Shown here in pieces: positions 60,560 to 64,000 of a stretch of DNA of 64,000 nt. Below the pieces are notes generated by a model that had not been told where the DNA came from, ran no database searches, and worked only from the letters and a program-made list of their open reading frames with translations. This stretch comes from Candidatus Levybacteria bacterium RIFCSPHIGHO2_01_FULL_38_26 (GTDB taxonomy: Bacteria > Patescibacteriota > Microgenomatia > Levybacterales > UBA12049). The position numbers were made by a program, and so were the translations under genes. The number at the start of each line of letters is the position of its first letter. Within the stretch, counting starts at the first letter, position 1. Location of the stretch: the NCBI GenBank assembly GCA_001782075.1, contig MFNO01000022.1, forward strand, positions 9,540-73,539, given 5' to 3'.

Positions 60560-60674
60560 AGAAAGACAATAGAGGGTGCCAGGTAAGCCTTATGAGAAAA
60601 TTAAATGGAGTCCTCATAGGATCAGCGATATAAATGTTTACCCCGCCAAGAGCGGTATTCCCCTACTGTCTTCT
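60560..60674 (+). ncRNA. candidate structured RNA (6S-like or cis-regulatory leader) upstream of rny
   Basis: Starts at the predicted TSS of TTGACG-N18-TATAAT; long terminal stem plus nested stems. Confidence 0.45.
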
Positions 60675-60682
60675 AAGATTAT

Positions 60683-61951
60683 ATGAATAAGCAAAATCAA
60701 GATTTAATTGCTCTTGAGAAAAAACTTCTTGATAAAGAGGAGAAGCTGGAGGTAGAAAAGGCGCGAATCCAGGAAGAGAAAGAAAATTTAGACAAACTAA
60801 AGGAAGATTATAGAGAAAAACTTGAAAAAATATCAGGATTTACCTCGGATGAAGCAAAAAAAGAACTTCTCCAAGAAACAGAAAACAAAGAAACGCAAAT
60901 TATTGCAAGAATTATCAAAGAAAAAGAAGAAGAAGCAAAGATAACCGCAGATAAAAAAGCGCGGGAGATTCTAATTGACAGCATGCGTCATGGGGCGCTT
61001 AATTATATCGCAGAGTATACTGTTTCGATTATTAAAATAGACGATGAAGATATAAAAGGAAGAATTATAGGTAAAGAAGGCCGTAATATTAGAGCTTTTG
61101 AGCAAGCAACAGGGGTTGATGTTGATTTGGATGAGGAGGGAATTATTAGGCTTTCTTCGTTTGATCCGGTGAGGAGAGAGATAGCAAGACGAGTTTTGGT
61201 GAATCTTATTAAAGATACTAGAATTCAACCATATAGGATTGAAGAAAATGTAAAACAGGAACAAGGAGCAGTTAAAAAAATAATGACCGATGAGGGAGAG
61301 AAGCTGATTCATGAGGTTGGGGTTTATAATCTTCCACAGGAACTTATTGAGATTCTTGGTCGTTTCAAATTCAGAACTTCTTACGGACAAAATCTTGTCG
61401 TGCATACTCTTGAGGAGACAAAGATTGGGATTCACATAGCATTAGAGATTGGCGCAGACGTGAATATTGTTAGGCTTGGGTGTTTGTTTCATGATATTGG
61501 AAAAGTTGTTGAAGGCGAAGGCAGTCATGTAAAATTGGGCGCAGAACTGCTTAAGAGATTCAATATTCCGGAATCTGTTGTTAATTGTGTTTTGGAGCAT
61601 CATGAAGACAAACCGTTTTCATCCCTGGAGTCTGTTATCGTTTATTTGGCGGATGCAATTTCTGGAGCAAGGCCAGGGGCAAGATATGAAGATGTTGAGG
61701 ATTATGCCAAAAGATTGAAAGACATGGAAGAGATAGCAAAAGGATACGAAGGAGTTTCTGATGCTTATGCTTTTGAAGCTGGTAGAGAGCTTAGGGTGGT
61801 CATAGATCCGGGGCAGCTGGATGACGCCAAAACAACACTTCTTGCGCATAAAATAAGAGAAGAAATAAGCAGTAAATTGGTCGTACCCGGGGAGGTAAAA
61901 GTGACTGCAATCAGAGAATTTCGCGCAGTTTCTCCAGATTCTACGGTCTAA
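60683..61951 (+). CDS. rny: ribonuclease Y (lacking N-terminal TM anchor)
   Basis: Coiled coil, KH domain GRIIGKEGRNIR, RTSYGQN, HDIGK, SGARPGAR. Confidence 0.96.
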   Translation: MNKQNQDLIALEKKLLDKEEKLEVEKARIQEEKENLDKLKEDYREKLEKISGFTSDEAKKELLQETENKETQIIARIIKEKEEEAKITADKKAREILIDSMRHGALNYIAEYTVSIIKIDDEDIKGRIIGKEGRNIRAFEQATGVDVDLDEEGIIRLSSFDPVRREIARRVLVNLIKDTRIQPYRIEENVKQEQGAVKKIMTDEGEKLIHEVGVYNLPQELIEILGRFKFRTSYGQNLVVHTLEETKIGIHIALEIGADVNIVRLGCLFHDIGKVVEGEGSHVKLGAELLKRFNIPESVVNCVLEHHEDKPFSSLESVIVYLADAISGARPGARYEDVEDYAKRLKDMEEIAKGYEGVSDAYAFEAGRELRVVIDPGQLDDAKTTLLAHKIREEISSKLVVPGEVKVTAIREFRAVSPDSTV

Positions 61952-62041
61952 ACTCTATTTTAGATATTGACAAACTTTAGTTCTCCCTGTATTGTTAAGC
62001 TAATTGGATTATTTTACCCAAAGAAGGGTGGTGAGGAAAAT

Positions 62042-62314
62042 TTGACAAAAAGGGAACTGATTGAAATTGTTGCTAAAAAAGCAAATCTCACAAACAAAGC
62101 TGCTAGAGACGCTGTTCAGTCTGTAATCAACTCCATCCGTGATTCTCTAAAACGGGGTGAAAAAGTAGTTATCACGGGTTTTGGTACGTTTAGCATAAGA
62201 CAGAGAGTCGCTAGAGTTGGAAGAAATCCAAAAACAGGAGCAAAAATTACTATAGCAGCCAGAAAAGCGCCTGGTTTTACTCCGGGTAAAACGCTTAAGA
62301 AAGTAGTAAGGTAA
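62042..62314 (+). CDS. hup: nucleoid protein HU
   Basis: GFGTF, GRNPKTG; TTG start 62042 after GGTGGTGAGG. Confidence 0.95.
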   Translation: MTKRELIEIVAKKANLTNKAARDAVQSVINSIRDSLKRGEKVVITGFGTFSIRQRVARVGRNPKTGAKITIAARKAPGFTPGKTLKKVVR

Positions 62315-62350
62315 ATTTGATTATTGGACACAACTGGTGTAGAATACGGT

Positions 62351-62708
62351 TGCTCTAGGAGGAAGGTCTGCTAGTCCCGATTCGATCGGGACAGGAAAGT
62401 CCAGACAGACGTAGAGCCGGGGATGGAGCGTAAGCTCTGGCTAGTAATAGCCGGTCTCCAAGTTCTTTACCCACATGCGGAATTTGGAGCAGGTTTTGAA
62501 TTGACAAAACTTGAGAGTAACAGAGACGAGTGGGAGTGAAACGTGACAATCCTACCTGCTGCAACCTCCGAAATGGTGCGTTATTACCTGCTTTACGGGA
62601 GCATCGATGTTGAGGGCAGCACGTCAAACGTGCCGGGAGTGAATAGTTATCACAACCGAGATAGATTGCAGAAATAAACAGAATCTGGCTTATTCTCCTC
62701 CTAGAGCA
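62351..62708 (+). ncRNA. rnpB: RNase P RNA
   Basis: P1 TGCTCTAGGAGGA/TCCTCCTAGAGCA; P4 GGAAAGTCCAG with ACAGAATCTGGCTTA; AACAGAGA and GTGAAAC conserved regions; TAGAAT promoter upstream. Confidence 0.93.
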
Positions 62709-64000
62709 CTAATTTGATACGCTGCATAACATTTTGTACTCGCAGTTTTGGCAGTAGATAGAACCACTGCATAAAAAATCGCTTTTTTCTATCTCCTCAA
62801 CTTTTTGCAGTATTTTAACTTTTGCTTCTTCAAGCTGCTCTTTTGTTCTTGTGGTTGTCAATCTCTTTCCCTCTTCTACAAAGTCAAGAGACAAAACTAT
62901 ATCTTCTGGTTTTCTATTAAAAATCCTGTCGTTAACTTGAGTTGCTGCCAGTGCATATAATGTCAACTGAAGATTGTCTTTAAGATCTTTTTCTTTTGGC
63001 AAATTATTTCCAGTTTTGTAGTCGATTATCTCAATTTTGCCATCTTCCATCTTGTCTATTCTATCTATTCTTCCCGCTATTTTTAGATTATTTACAAAGA
63101 ACCGAAAAGGCACTTCAATGCCAATTGATTTACCTAAATCTTTTGTGTAATTAGCTTTTAGATACTCAAGAAGAATATGTTTTGCTCTTTCATAAGCTTG
63201 GTCTTGATGGGCGCGGCTGCTGTAACCTTCATTTATCCAGTTTTTTTCAAGCATAGGGATTATGTCCCCAATCGTTAGATCTTTGTCCACAAGTGATTTT
63301 TGATAAAAATCTTTTAGAGAGGTATGTATGCTTGATCCAAAGCTAAGCGGCGCGGTTGGCTGGAAGGGGACTTTTAAAATATATTGAAGCTTGTAATGCA
63401 AAGGGCACATATTGAATGTTTGGATTTGCGAGTATGAAATATAGTTTATTTTAGTTTTTGTTTGTTGTTCGTTTGTCGTTTGTTTTTGGATGATTAAGTT
63501 TGGCGCCCAATCCAAAAGAGATGGTTGTAAAATAGTTTTTTCGACTTTCTGTTTTTCTAAATGTTTTTTAATAAAATTTTCCCCTAGAGCCTCGTATACA
63601 TAAGGAGAAAGTTTTCTATCTCTTTTACCTTCGCCGTAAAAATTAGCAGCTGTAAAATAAAGTCTATCTCGTGCGCGCGTCATACCTACATAAAACAAGC
63701 GTCTTTCTTCTTGAAGGTGATAGTCTCCCTCGGGCAGTATTTCTTTGATGAGATCGGTAGGGATAGGTATTTGTTCTCGTCTTTCTCTGGTTGGGAAACG
63801 TTGACTTACGAGATTTACCAAAAAAACAACAGGGAATTCAAGACCTTTACTCGAGTGGATGGTTAGAATGTTTACCGCATTATTTTCCGACCAATCAATA
63901 TCTGCTGCCATAGGACTTTCTCCCATTTGCATTGACAGATCAATCCAATCAACGACGGGAAAAATTCTTGAGTCTTCATGCTCAATCTCGTAGGTTTTTA
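62709..64000 (-). CDS. UvrD/PcrA-family helicase fused to a PD-(D/E)xK Fe-S nuclease (AdnA/AddA-like), partial
   Basis: TIHSSKGLEF, EERRLFYVGMTRA, CP...GRIDRID..IIDYKTG...C..CQNC; frame stays open to the window end. Confidence 0.92.
   Translation of the reverse strand, partial: KTYEIEHEDSRIFPVVDWIDLSMQMGESPMAADIDWSENNAVNILTIHSSKGLEFPVVFLVNLVSQRFPTRERREQIPIPTDLIKEILPEGDYHLQEERRLFYVGMTRARDRLYFTAANFYGEGKRDRKLSPYVYEALGENFIKKHLEKQKVEKTILQPSLLDWAPNLIIQKQTTNEQQTKTKINYISYSQIQTFNMCPLHYKLQYILKVPFQPTAPLSFGSSIHTSLKDFYQKSLVDKDLTIGDIIPMLEKNWINEGYSSRAHQDQAYERAKHILLEYLKANYTKDLGKSIGIEVPFRFFVNNLKIAGRIDRIDKMEDGKIEIIDYKTGNNLPKEKDLKDNLQLTLYALAATQVNDRIFNRKPEDIVLSLDFVEEGKRLTTTRTKEQLEEAKVKILQKVEEIEKSDFLCSGSIYCQNCEYKMLCSVSN

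Noticed and set aside
62355-62627. 90-aa minus-strand ORF
   Set aside because: Antisense to RNase P RNA.
62709-63450. Cas4-like Fe-S nuclease as a CRISPR component
   Set aside because: It is the C-terminal domain of a UvrD-family helicase (DNA repair), with no CRISPR context.

Overview
64-kb core-genome segment of a low-GC bacterium, very probably Candidate Phyla Radiation/Patescibacteria (Microgenomates-like). Evidence: no rpmD (L30) between rpsE and rplO, N-terminally shortened L2, short HrcA, few Shine-Dalgarno sites and a mevalonate pathway; TGA is used as a stop. In order it holds: a membrane-anchored Clp-type ATPase (partial), metG, CIRCE-hrcA-grpE-dnaK plus dnaJ, a surface-glycan locus (GT2, GT-C, WecA-like, UbiA/DPPR synthase-like, methyltransferase), groESL, a VapBC toxin-antitoxin pair, lepA, glucan phosphorylase, murJ, rpsT-tuf and the S10-spc-alpha ribosomal cluster. 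Then come idi with an ECF sigma cassette divergent from a complete hybrid mevalonate operon, uppS, an accessory block (AdoMetDC-like + nicotianamine-synthase-like pair, an internally deleted MBL remnant, Shedu nuclease, ART-like orphan, tag) ending at tRNA-Pro(GGG), and recA/recX/rny/hup, RNase P RNA and a partial helicase-nuclease. Most promising observations: (1) an AdoMetDC-like/NAS-like two-gene unit that suggests an uncharacterised SAM-derived polyamine or metallophore route; (2) short palindromic and heptamer repeats inserted in-frame into essential genes; (3) a terminator/antiterminator leader upstream of rplC; (4) a rod-like RNA upstream of rny; (5) widespread leaderless promoter geometry. 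All calls come from manual motif reading, with no database searches.
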